In this document: positions 6,817-15,837 of the stretch, one piece after another
Numbering within the stretch: the first letter of the stretch is position 1
Layout: each line of letters starts with the position of its first letter
Origin: an uncultured Alphaproteobacteria bacterium
GTDB lineage: Bacteria; Pseudomonadota; Alphaproteobacteria; Rs-D84
Assembly: GCA_944392815.1 (NCBI GenBank)
Contig: CALXXY010000009.1
Location: forward strand, 1-21,714
Direction: 5' to 3'
DNA: 21,714 bases
Program-made: the position numbers and the translations under genes
Notes under the pieces: model-generated
What the model saw: only the letters and a program-made list of their open reading frames with translations
Told to the model about the DNA's origin: nothing
Database searches by the model: none

Positions 6817-8224
6817 TGGCAAAGAAACGATTATAAACTTTTTCGTTAATCTTTATCGGATATTCACGAATCAGAAACGCATTATAATCGTCCGTAATTT
6901 CCGTCACAGACATTGTTTCCAATTCTTTGCGAATATCAGCCATTTTTTTGGTATCAACCGTTGGCATGATTTCTTTTTCCACATGCAAAACATAGAACGC
7001 ATCTGTACCATTCACGATTGAATTACTGCCCACCTCGGAATTAAACGCGGCCGACAGCACGTCCAACGGCGCCCCATTTGCACGTGTCACCGTCACAGTT
7101 TTTTTCCCACCCAGCGCACCACCATCGTTTAAATCAACCAACAATTCATTCGCACGAACGTACGCCTGCTTGCGCTGCTGACTGCGGCGCCAATCGGCCA
7201 CCAATTCATCTTTGATCGATTCGAATTCAGCATTATGCGCCGGCGCAATTTTATCAACACGAACGATGACAAAACCCTTTTTAGTTTCGATTAATTCGCT
7301 TTCTAATCCCTCTTCCATATCAAAAATGCGTGCCATCATATTATCGGTCAGCAAATCGTCCACTGGGCGCGACGCCATGTCAAACGTCCCCAGCGAAATA
7401 TATTTTGCACCGTGTGCCTTGGCCGCGTCGGCCATGGCGTCACCCGCGATAATATCGTCTTCGACTGCGATGGCAATTTCATACGCCGCGTCATATTCAT
7501 CGGGCTGATCCATTTCCGCCGGAATCAACACATATGAAACAGTCCGCTGTTCTGGCACAGTATGTGGATTTTGATCATAAAACGCACGCAGTTCGTCCTG
7601 GCTGGGTGTGCCAACATCGAATTCAGAAAAATTCACCGTTGCATAGTCAATCTGACGTTGGCTGTATCGCGCATCATATTCCGCCCGCACCGCGAATTCC
7701 GGCACACGCACAGGCACCGACATTGCGCCCAACGTATATCCACGCAAAACCTGGCGACGCAGGACATCTGCAAATGATGCCTCGCTATATCCGCTGTTTG
7801 CCAAAACGCTGTCGAACGCATATGTTGAAAATTCGCCATTAATCTGAAATTCCGGGAACGACCGAATTTCACGCGCAATTTGCGCATCAGACACGACAAA
7901 TCCCAAATCGGCCGCACGATTATCGGCCATCGCCTGGGTCGTCAGCGTCGACATCACGCGCGCATTCAACGCGTCCATCAATTCAGGATTGGCATATGTT
8001 TCACGCTGGGTATCCCTGTCCATAGCGGCCAGCGCACGCGATTTTTCCAAACTGAATTGTTGCATATCAATGTCCACGTCACCGACACGCACCAACGCGG
8101 TATCACCGGCAACATTACTGAAAATCCATTCAGCCACGCCCCAACCAACAAATGAAAACGCCAAAATTCCAATTAAAATCTTGGCCAACGGTTTATCCGC
8201 CGCATTACGTAAATATTCTAGCAT
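6812..8224 (-). CDS. ppiD: PpiD/SurA-N domain periplasmic chaperone (peptidyl-prolyl isomerase D-like)
   Basis: 470 aa; MLEYLRN...ILIGILAFSFVGWGV N-anchor, LGFVVSDAQIAREI..FPEFQ.NGEF, PEQRTVSYV. Divergent from tpiA as commonly seen in Alphaproteobacteria. Confidence 0.8.
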   Translation of the reverse strand: MLEYLRNAADKPLAKILIGILAFSFVGWGVAEWIFSNVAGDTALVRVGDVDIDMQQFSLEKSRALAAMDRDTQRETYANPELMDALNARVMSTLTTQAMADNRAADLGFVVSDAQIAREIRSFPEFQINGEFSTYAFDSVLANSGYSEASFADVLRRQVLRGYTLGAMSVPVRVPEFAVRAEYDARYSQRQIDYATVNFSEFDVGTPSQDELRAFYDQNPHTVPEQRTVSYVLIPAEMDQPDEYDAAYEIAIAVEDDIIAGDAMADAAKAHGAKYISLGTFDMASRPVDDLLTDNMMARIFDMEEGLESELIETKKGFVIVRVDKIAPAHNAEFESIKDELVADWRRSQQRKQAYVRANELLVDLNDGGALGGKKTVTVTRANGAPLDVLSAAFNSEVGSNSIVNGTDAFYVLHVEKEIMPTVDTKKMADIRKELETMSVTEITDDYNAFLIREYPIKINEKVYNRFFAK

Positions 8225-8292
8225 TTAATCCCCTTTTGCGATACCATAGCAAAACGATATCAGAAAAATCAACGAAAAAAAGGGGAAAATCA

Positions 8293-8997
8293 ATGAAAGT
8301 TATTGCAGGAAATTGGAAAATGAACGGTTCACGTGACGCACTGGTCGACATGGTGGCCGCACTGCAAAATATTGAAACAGAAAACAACATAATTTTGTGC
8401 GTACCGTATACAATGCTGGCCGTGCCATCTGGCCGCGTATCCATCGGCGCCCAGGACGTCAGCACACACGACCACGGTGCATATACCGGCGAAGTGTCTG
8501 CCCAAATGATTGCGGCAACTGGCGCGAAATACGTCATCGTCGGCCACAGCGAACGCCGCCAATATCACGGTGAAACAAACGACATCGTCCGGCAAAAGGC
8601 CACTATCGCCCTGGCCGCGGGATTAACCCCCATTATATGTGTTGGCGAAACAATGGACGAAAAACAGGCCGGCAAAACAATGGACATCATTGAATCTGGC
8701 GTGCGTGAATCCGTACCAAACGACCCAGACGGAAAAATAATTGTCGCATATGAACCACGCTGGGCAATTGGCGCGGGCCTGACCCCAACAGACACAGAAA
8801 TCGCCACCGCCCACAAATTAATCGCAGACACCCTGGCCGATATGGGGTTGGCCGGCACCCCTGTTCTGTACGGCGCCAGTGTCAAGGGCACAAACGCCGC
8901 CCAAATTATGTCCATACCGAACGTCGATGGCGTTTTGGTTGGGGGCGCGTCCTTGAAACCTGACGATTTCATACCTATAATAACCAGTGTTAAATAA
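8293..8997 (+). CDS. tpiA: Triosephosphate isomerase
   Basis: ATG 8293 after SD agggg; IAGNWKMNG, GAYTGEVS, GHSERR, AYEPxWAIG and LVGGASL. Confidence 0.97.
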   Translation: MKVIAGNWKMNGSRDALVDMVAALQNIETENNIILCVPYTMLAVPSGRVSIGAQDVSTHDHGAYTGEVSAQMIAATGAKYVIVGHSERRQYHGETNDIVRQKATIALAAGLTPIICVGETMDEKQAGKTMDIIESGVRESVPNDPDGKIIVAYEPRWAIGAGLTPTDTEIATAHKLIADTLADMGLAGTPVLYGASVKGTNAAQIMSIPNVDGVLVGGASLKPDDFIPIITSVK

Positions 8998-9004
8998 ATG
9001 TATA

Positions 9005-9045
9005 TTGAACGTGGGGGCGCATCCGTCCGCCGCCCCCACATTCAA
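9005..9045. repeat. REP-like intergenic palindrome
   Basis: ttgaa-c-gtgggggcg...cgcccccac-a-ttcaa; no downstream U-tract on either strand. Confidence 0.5.
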
Positions 9046-9069
9046 AAACCACACAGGCAGGTATGAAAA

Positions 9070-9618
9070 ATGGATAACGAAAAATCAAAACAGGTAAAAA
9101 TAGACAGCGTTTCTGTATCTGACGCGGAACAAACCGAACAAACACCACAACCGGATAACGCAACCCCAGACACAGAATCTGAAACAGATAAACTGAACGC
9201 GCAAATTGCGGAATTGACAGATAAATTCCTGCGTCTGGCGGCGGAATTGGAAAACACACGCCGGCGCGCAACACTGGACATAGAATCCGCTGCCCGCAAC
9301 CGCGCAATGTCCGTTGCAAAAAAATTTTTACCGGTAATGGACGCTATCCAGGCGGCACAATCGCACGCCCCCGATGACGCGGGCATACAATCTATGGCCG
9401 CCGCAATGAACGACGCCTTTGCCCAAATCGGCATAACAAAAATCGAATCGGTGGGACAAATTTTGAACCCACAATTTCACAACGCTATCCAGGTTGTTGA
9501 CGCACCCGCGGACGCAAATCCAAAACCTGCGCCAAACACAATTATGTCCGAATTACAAACAGGATATATGTTCGGCGACACAGTCCTGCGCACGGCAATG
9601 GTCACCGTTTGCAAATAA
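9070..9618 (+). CDS. grpE: Nucleotide exchange factor GrpE
   Basis: Acidic disordered N-terminus, LRLAAELENTRRR, FLPVMD, NPQFHNAI, GYMFGDTVLRTAMVTV. Confidence 0.93.
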   Translation: MDNEKSKQVKIDSVSVSDAEQTEQTPQPDNATPDTESETDKLNAQIAELTDKFLRLAAELENTRRRATLDIESAARNRAMSVAKKFLPVMDAIQAAQSHAPDDAGIQSMAAAMNDAFAQIGITKIESVGQILNPQFHNAIQVVDAPADANPKPAPNTIMSELQTGYMFGDTVLRTAMVTVCK

Positions 9619-9642
9619 AAACGCCCCGTTGGGGCGATTTTT
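9617..9642. terminator. Bidirectional intrinsic terminator
   Basis: aaaaa-cgcccc-gtt-ggggcg-attttt between convergent stops. Confidence 0.8.
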
Positions 9643-10048
9643 ATTTTACATGTCCACTCATCTGTCGCAATATGATTGCCCGCTGTGCGTTAACTTCATC
9701 AGCCAACATTTTTGAATTTTCAACATCAATCGAATCAACAAAGTTCTGGGCTGCGGCATTACCAGTCACCAATTTGATGGGGGCACGCAACGCCTTGCGC
9801 GGGTGGTAATGATACGTGCTGACATGCGTGCGCACAGGCACCCCATTGCGCCGCAACAAATATTTTGCGATATTCACATCTTTGCTATCGATTGGGAAAT
9901 AATAATAATATTCTTTGCAATCGCTGGCGGTAATAAATACAGATTCCCGTCCCAACGCAGACAATAATTCAGCATCTTTGACCGGATTTACCAACCGTTT
10001 ATCATACGCCGGCGCAAAATAATTTTTAATACTTTCAAAAATTGTCAT
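9641..10048 (-). CDS. Hypothetical protein (135 aa)
   Basis: ATG with SD aaaaggt upstream; fills the gap between two terminators; no recognisable motif. Confidence 0.7.
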   Translation of the reverse strand: MTIFESIKNYFAPAYDKRLVNPVKDAELLSALGRESVFITASDCKEYYYYFPIDSKDVNIAKYLLRRNGVPVRTHVSTYHYHPRKALRAPIKLVTGNAAAQNFVDSIDVENSKMLADEVNAQRAIILRQMSGHVK

Positions 10049-10109
10049 AATTTACCTTTTTATTTTTTGTCAACTTATAATACATCAAAAAATATGTTTA
10101 TCAAGTAAT

Positions 10110-10139
10110 AAAACACCCCGCGGAAAAATCCACGGGGTG
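10110..10139 (-). terminator. Intrinsic terminator
   Basis: Minus strand caccccgtgga-tttt-tccgcggggtg-tttt downstream of the stop at 10162. Confidence 0.75.
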
Positions 10140-10161
10140 GTTGCCGGACGAATTTCTAAAT

Positions 10162-13100
10162 TTAAATTCCCAACCTGTGTGTCATTTTCATCATGAAAAT
10201 AGATTCATTTCCGAATTCATCGGTATTATTCGGGTGCACGCGATAAATAAACCCAATCGCCCCGTCGGTAAATTCACCAAAGTTATGACGATATGCCCCG
10301 GTGAATCGAACCTCGCGCACATCGGGCCGCAGCGACATATTTTCAATATGAGTATTTGAAATATTCAAATCATATTTTCCATTTCCCATATCTACAATCT
10401 CGTATTCAGCATACGGATACATAACCGCACCATTTGCCACAGTCAACGGCTGGGACACACTGAAACTGAAATTCCCAGCGTCCACACCAAACGCAAACGC
10501 ATTTGAATCAATATCGGTTAATCCCAATATAAACTGCCCCGCCGCATCAGACGTTGTCCGCGCAAAAGTTGACCGCAATTTAAACGTCACATCATCGGCC
10601 GGACTGAACCGGAATTCAGAATCAACATACACGGTATCACCACTGCCCATATCCAACAGGCCGCCCGACACCGCCCCCAACAAAGTATCCGATTCGAACG
10701 CGGCACCAACGGACGCGGTAAATCCGAACGCATCACTGTTCCATGCAACGCTGGATTGTGCGCCCTGCATTAAACCCAACCGCGCCGGCACATATTGCGA
10801 CGAAATCGTGGGATCATTATCCAACATAGTTTCGTCTGTTATCGCACCCGAAAACGCGCGCGCACCAAACGACCAACGCCCCATGTTATACCATGCGTCC
10901 GTGGTAATCGCATTTGACGCCAATCCCAAAATCGGATTAGACATACCATCAAACCGCGACGCACCGTCTGTAAAGTGCCGCTGATATTCTGCCGCAAAAT
11001 TCCAATCACCAGACGCATAATCCAAACGCAGATTGTCCAATCCATTCAGATTATCAATATATTGTTTTTCAGACACAGCCATTGAAAAACCAAAATTTCC
11101 AACCTGAACACGCGGTGCGTCCGCATTACGCGTTTTAAATTCGCCCAACACGTCGCCCATATACAACCCGCGCGCGTCCGTCACCCCCAACGCAAATTCA
11201 TTTTTCCAAACGCGCGGCATAGACATATTACCATCAACACTTTCCAACACGTCAAAGAACGGCGCACTGATTGTCGCACTGCGTCCACCAAACGCAGACG
11301 ACGCCCGGAATACAGTATTCGACGCCGCCCGCCAATACGCGTTGCCATTGCCAGACACAATTTTATTCCCGTCATAGAAATAAATTTTCTTTCCCGGCGT
11401 CATGGCGCGTTCCAGGTTAATCAACCCATAACCATACACCTCGGCAAAGGCGTCCAGATAATCCTGGCCCAACAATTCATCTTCGTGATAATCAGGCGGC
11501 AAAGCATACATAGATTTCAAATACGTCACCAAACCATCAACAGTGAACGCATTACCCGCACTGTCCGTGCCCAGATATGGCCCATCTGCGGTCAGTGCCA
11601 TCAATGTAAATATTTCACCACTGTTCATATATGCAAACGCACCCTTTAACGCGGCCACAGCCCCCGCCGCAGATGCCGTTGCAATCTCGGCCGTTGGACC
11701 TGCGGCCGAAAAACACCATGGGTCAATACCATTTAATCCCAACCCAGCAATACCACATTTACGCGACATATATGTGACATCATCGTCCTTTGCTTCAGTT
11801 CCCTTGGTATCGGTCCAGGCCGATAAATACAGGCGCCCAAACTCGTCACCAATACCATTACCATAATCTTCTATGCTATCGGCATTTGACGTCCCAACAG
11901 AATGCTGAACCGCGACAACCGTCATAAACAAATGATTCAAATTATTATAAATCAACGGCGCATAGTTTTCGAACGTGGCCTCCTGGACGGTATATGTTTT
12001 CCCATCACCCAATCCATATTCGAATTCACCCGCCGGCATAATTAAAATCGGCATTTGTGTGCTTATATAATTTTGCAACGCAGAATTCGCATACGAACCC
12101 TGGTTGGTTGCGCCACTTTCGTCCTTGTCATAATATTGATTGATTAACGCCATAAATGTCTGTGCCGCGTTGTTATTATTTAACGCAATGGCCGATTCCA
12201 CCCCCCCAGTATTCACATACGACAATTTACGTGATTCAGGATTCAACGTCGTCACCGCAATCGACGACAAACCATTGGTGGTATCTGACTGGCTTAATTG
12301 ATAATATTTAGACATATTGGCAATTACTTCGAACGTTTTTATATCCTGATTTTCGTCCCAATTTTTTGCGGTATAAATTTGCCCTTCACTGATCATATAC
12401 ACCGCATCTGGCCGATTACCGCCCGACGTATTCACATAATAATTCCCGTCCAGCCCCATATACAGCGCGATTACTTCGTCTTTGTTATCATCTGCGTCAT
12501 CACAGCCCGCGGTACACGTACCCTTTAACAAATTACTGCCATTACCAATTTTATACGTGGTATCCCCAACGGTAATAGTCGGATTGGTGACAGAATCAGC
12601 ATCCTCCAACGCGGACGAAATCATATACGTTTTGCCATTCAGCACGATGGTATCACCAACATCAATTTTGCCGGCCGTCCCGGCCGCCGCCAAATCAGTC
12701 AACGAACCCGCAGCCGCGCCATCGGTCGGATTTTCAACATCAACCCAGCCGGCCCCATTACCCGTTCTGTAAACAGCCAATTGACTGTTTGGCGCAAAAC
12801 CATATAAATCGCCATAGGCACGATTTGATTGTTCCCACCCGGCAACAATTTTGCCCAGCGCACTTTCTGTTGCCGTTGCAAACGGATTCATTGCCGTACC
12901 ACTGCCCGACCAATCAAACACATCACTGCCGCCCAATCCGGACAATTCTGTCCCCAGCACAGTGGTCGGATTATCATAATTTGCAAATTTATCCATTTTC
13001 CCAGACGCGGTTTCCTGCGCACTGGTCGCACCCCACAAAATACCGTCCGTCGTACGCCCAATCGACCCGGCCGGGTTCACACCATTGGCGGTAATTAATG

Positions 13101-14004
13101 CGGTTCGTATAGGTTTACCCCCACCCGTCAAATTTGATATTTTTTGCGGGTCATGACTGGTGGCGTCACGCAATGTCATCTGCCCCATATATCCGTTGGC
13201 GAACGACGAATACCCATGCATCATCAGCAAATAATTTTGCAACGGCACAGTAATTCCATCTGTCAAATAACTGGTCTGTTGAATTTGCGGCACATCTTCA
13301 TTGTCATCATCATCGGGCTCTGCCTTTACCCCCGGGCGAAAATAATTAAAATCAGCCGCACGAATTCCGCCAACCGACGGATTCCATTGCGTCAAATTAT
13401 TTTGATACGCAGCGGTGCTGTACGCAATATCACCAGTGGACGTAAAATACGCAGGCCCCACAGGAATCGCAGCCGTGGACGTGGTTGTCCCGCCACTGTC
13501 GCCGCCACCCTCGCCCTGGCCCGGACGATTGCCACCACCGGACGTGCCACCACCATTTTCATTGCCCGGATCCAGCCAATCAGTTAATAAAAACAGCCCC
13601 CCTACAACAACGGCGGCCCCCGCCGCCGCCAAAGAAATCGTCTGGGCGGAGGATAATCCGCTGAACAGTCCCCCACTTTCCGTTGGCTGCGTTCGCGATT
13701 CGTATTGCTTTATCTGCCTGTCGCATTGCGACGCATCCGCCCCATACATCTGCAGAATCTGTGCCGCCCGCACGTCATTATTCATCAACGCAGTACACAC
13801 CAGCGACAACCCAGTGCTGTCCACATAATTGACATTCGCACCAGCGTTTATCAGGTTTTGCACCTGTTGAATATCGGCATTTTTCGCCGCAGCCAACAAT
13901 TGTGCCGCAATCATAAATTCATTATTGGGTATCGCGGTCGCCGCCACAGCCCCCCCAGCGGGAATTAAAAACAACGCAAACAGTAATAATCTGATGTATT
14001 TCAT
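10162..14004 (-). CDS. Large exported protein: ankyrin repeats, hydrophobic segment, degenerate S8 subtilase-like domain, C-terminal beta-barrel-like domain
   Basis: ATG 14004 (MKYIRLLLFALFLIPAGGAVAA) with SD agagag. Ankyrin LLAAAKNADIQQVQNLINAGANVNYVDSTG. S8 scaffold motifs YGFAPNSQL, SRKCG...WCFSAAG, AGAVAALKGAF, YGYGLINLERA. Amphipathic beta-strands and SQPL...LRP..RE at the C-terminus. Confidence 0.75.
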   Translation of the reverse strand: MKYIRLLLFALFLIPAGGAVAATAIPNNEFMIAAQLLAAAKNADIQQVQNLINAGANVNYVDSTGLSLVCTALMNNDVRAAQILQMYGADASQCDRQIKQYESRTQPTESGGLFSGLSSAQTISLAAAGAAVVVGGLFLLTDWLDPGNENGGGTSGGGNRPGQGEGGGDSGGTTTSTAAIPVGPAYFTSTGDIAYSTAAYQNNLTQWNPSVGGIRAADFNYFRPGVKAEPDDDDNEDVPQIQQTSYLTDGITVPLQNYLLMMHGYSSFANGYMGQMTLRDATSHDPQKISNLTGGGKPIRTALITANGVNPAGSIGRTTDGILWGATSAQETASGKMDKFANYDNPTTVLGTELSGLGGSDVFDWSGSGTAMNPFATATESALGKIVAGWEQSNRAYGDLYGFAPNSQLAVYRTGNGAGWVDVENPTDGAAAGSLTDLAAAGTAGKIDVGDTIVLNGKTYMISSALEDADSVTNPTITVGDTTYKIGNGSNLLKGTCTAGCDDADDNKDEVIALYMGLDGNYYVNTSGGNRPDAVYMISEGQIYTAKNWDENQDIKTFEVIANMSKYYQLSQSDTTNGLSSIAVTTLNPESRKLSYVNTGGVESAIALNNNNAAQTFMALINQYYDKDESGATNQGSYANSALQNYISTQMPILIMPAGEFEYGLGDGKTYTVQEATFENYAPLIYNNLNHLFMTVVAVQHSVGTSNADSIEDYGNGIGDEFGRLYLSAWTDTKGTEAKDDDVTYMSRKCGIAGLGLNGIDPWCFSAAGPTAEIATASAAGAVAALKGAFAYMNSGEIFTLMALTADGPYLGTDSAGNAFTVDGLVTYLKSMYALPPDYHEDELLGQDYLDAFAEVYGYGLINLERAMTPGKKIYFYDGNKIVSGNGNAYWRAASNTVFRASSAFGGRSATISAPFFDVLESVDGNMSMPRVWKNEFALGVTDARGLYMGDVLGEFKTRNADAPRVQVGNFGFSMAVSEKQYIDNLNGLDNLRLDYASGDWNFAAEYQRHFTDGASRFDGMSNPILGLASNAITTDAWYNMGRWSFGARAFSGAITDETMLDNDPTISSQYVPARLGLMQGAQSSVAWNSDAFGFTASVGAAFESDTLLGAVSGGLLDMGSGDTVYVDSEFRFSPADDVTFKLRSTFARTTSDAAGQFILGLTDIDSNAFAFGVDAGNFSFSVSQPLTVANGAVMYPYAEYEIVDMGNGKYDLNISNTHIENMSLRPDVREVRFTGAYRHNFGEFTDGAIGFIYRVHPNNTDEFGNESIFMMKMTHRLGI

Positions 14005-14076
14005 TAACAATTCTCTCTGTACACAAAATATCCTAACACACAATCAAATTATATGTCCAGAAAAAATTTGCCACAA

Positions 14077-14109
14077 AAAAAATCCCGGCCAAATATACCG
14101 GGATTTTTT
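14077..14109. terminator. Intrinsic terminator (serves 14128-14817)
   Basis: aaaaaatcccgg-ccaaatata-ccgggatttttt. Confidence 0.8.
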
Positions 14110-14127
14110 CATACATTTATATATGTA

Positions 14128-14817
14128 TTAACGAACACGTCTGTATGTTTTTGTTGTTTTCAAAATAACCACACTGGACGCAGCCGCAACTTTTTTCTGT
14201 GCGGCATTGGCCTTCAGTGAATCAACCGCCTGGCGCAAAGAATCAACCGCCGCATCATTATCATACACGGTCACGTTTCCGCCATTGTTTACAACGATAT
14301 TGCCATCATTCACGGCACCATTGCCCAAAATGATTTCGGTATCATTGCCCTGGCTTTTGCCATTTTGCACAACAATGTTTTGGTTATTGCGTGCGTCGTC
14401 CTGCATACGAATGCTGGTAAAACTGCCGTTATCAGCCGAGTTCTGTTTAACCGGGTCTGTTGCGACAACATAAACAGTATCGTGTTTAACCACTGGTTTT
14501 GTTGCCACTGGTTTCGTCACCACAGGTTTACGTTCCGGCGTGCGACGCCCAGGATTAGTTTTCTCTTTGCTTTTTTCGCATTCGTCCAACCCACGTTTAT
14601 AAAAGTCAGCAGAATCACGATATGTATTCGCAGCATTCTGTAATGAATCCATTTGTTTTGCTGTTTTGGCAATCAGTTCTTTGGCCTCGGCCAATTTAGC
14701 ATGTGCGTCCACCACAGCATCACTTACACGCTGGTCATTGCATGATTTCACGAAAAACACAACAGCCACCGCCGCAACAACAGCCGCACTGGCCCCAACA
14801 ATCCGTTTCCAATTCAT
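14128..14817 (-). CDS. Membrane-anchored hypothetical protein (N-terminal TM or lipoprotein-like signal, coiled coil, KPVxT repeats, Asn-rich beta region)
   Basis: 229 aa; SD aaagga; own promoter and terminator; hydrophobic N-terminus ending FFVKSC. Confidence 0.75.
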   Translation of the reverse strand: MNWKRIVGASAAVVAAVAVVFFVKSCNDQRVSDAVVDAHAKLAEAKELIAKTAKQMDSLQNAANTYRDSADFYKRGLDECEKSKEKTNPGRRTPERKPVVTKPVATKPVVKHDTVYVVATDPVKQNSADNGSFTSIRMQDDARNNQNIVVQNGKSQGNDTEIILGNGAVNDGNIVVNNGGNVTVYDNDAAVDSLRQAVDSLKANAAQKKVAAASSVVILKTTKTYRRVR

Positions 14818-14844
14818 TTTGTATCCTTTGTTTTATACGTTGAT

Positions 14845-14873
14845 AATATAGGACAAAAGAAAACTTTTGTCAA
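14845..14873 (-). promoter_or_regulatory. sigma70 promoter
   Basis: Minus strand TTGACA, 17-bp spacer, TATATT. Confidence 0.7.
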
Positions 14874-14933
14874 CTATAAAAATAGAATTTATTTTTTATA
14901 CGCTTTTTTTTGCTTTCCAGTAAAAATCTTTTT

Positions 14934-14942
14934 TGATATACT
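14934..14942 (+). promoter_or_regulatory. Extended -10 promoter for the Cys-rich operon
   Basis: TGaTATACT 16 nt upstream of ATG 14959, followed by SD agagag; same 9-mer as at 1133-1141. Confidence 0.5.
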
Positions 14943-14958
14943 GTTGGTTAAGAGAGAA

Positions 14959-15831
14959 ATGAAACACAACATCATATTTTTTGCATTGGCCGTATTGGCG
15001 TGCCCGACTGTGGCCGCGGCGGCAACGTGTTCACAAATGAATTTGACCCGATGTTTGGATTCAGTTTGCGCAATAAACGTATCATCGAATCCCGCTGCGC
15101 GGTGCCAGTATTGCGGCACGGCCAGTGCGGGCGAACCACCATCTGAACGTACTGGCATGCGCAGTTTATCGTTGGGCTCGTCCGCCCGCTATACCGTGGA
15201 CGAAGATACACTCGAGGATGCGCCGACCGACCCCGGCCAGCGTTATGCCTGGGCCACGGCACAGTGTATTAAATTGGTCGACGGTTGCACCGTGGACGAT
15301 GTGTCCGATGTATATGACGAATTAATTGAACAATCATGCCGCGCGGCGGGCATCAGCGCACAAATGTCTGAAACAATCGCAAATGCGAATCGCCAAACGA
15401 CCAGTGCGTCCAGTTGCCAATCCACAATCCGCGCATGTATGGTTGCGGCGAACCGCTGTGGTGCGGATTTCAGTGCCTGTGCAGACGACGCATCATTTAA
15501 CAATTTCTTTTCTGCATGCAGCGTGACGGCCAGTGGCTGTGACGATTACATCGCGGACATTCGCGTCGCCATGACCGACGCACGCGACACCGCAATCGCA
15601 AACGCAGACGCATTAATTGAAAACATCATCGCGGGCTATCAAAACGCGCGCGAACAGAAATTAAATACAGCACTTGCAACATGCACGGATAACGCGGGCC
15701 GCACATCATGTATTGAAACGGTGTGCGAACGCAATATGCCAAACAAATGTGGCGAAGGATACGCGTCCGAACGCGTAAACGCCGAATTATTGTGCGAGTT
15801 TTATGATTTGGCATGCGAACTATTGGATTAA
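14959..15831 (+). CDS. Secreted cysteine-rich hypothetical protein (operon gene 1)
   Basis: 290 aa from ATG 14959; signal peptide MKHNIIFFALAVLACPTVAAA; 20 Cys in the mature region. Confidence 0.85.
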   Translation: MKHNIIFFALAVLACPTVAAAATCSQMNLTRCLDSVCAINVSSNPAARCQYCGTASAGEPPSERTGMRSLSLGSSARYTVDEDTLEDAPTDPGQRYAWATAQCIKLVDGCTVDDVSDVYDELIEQSCRAAGISAQMSETIANANRQTTSASSCQSTIRACMVAANRCGADFSACADDASFNNFFSACSVTASGCDDYIADIRVAMTDARDTAIANADALIENIIAGYQNAREQKLNTALATCTDNAGRTSCIETVCERNMPNKCGEGYASERVNAELLCEFYDLACELLD

Positions 15832-15837
15832 TGGGCA

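Noticed and set aside
8152-8292. N-terminal extension of TpiA (also the extended starts at 3444, 6675, 14043 and 14944)
   Set aside because: The TpiA extension overlaps the divergent ppiD start. In each case a downstream ATG with SD and a family-typical or signal-peptide N-terminus fits better.
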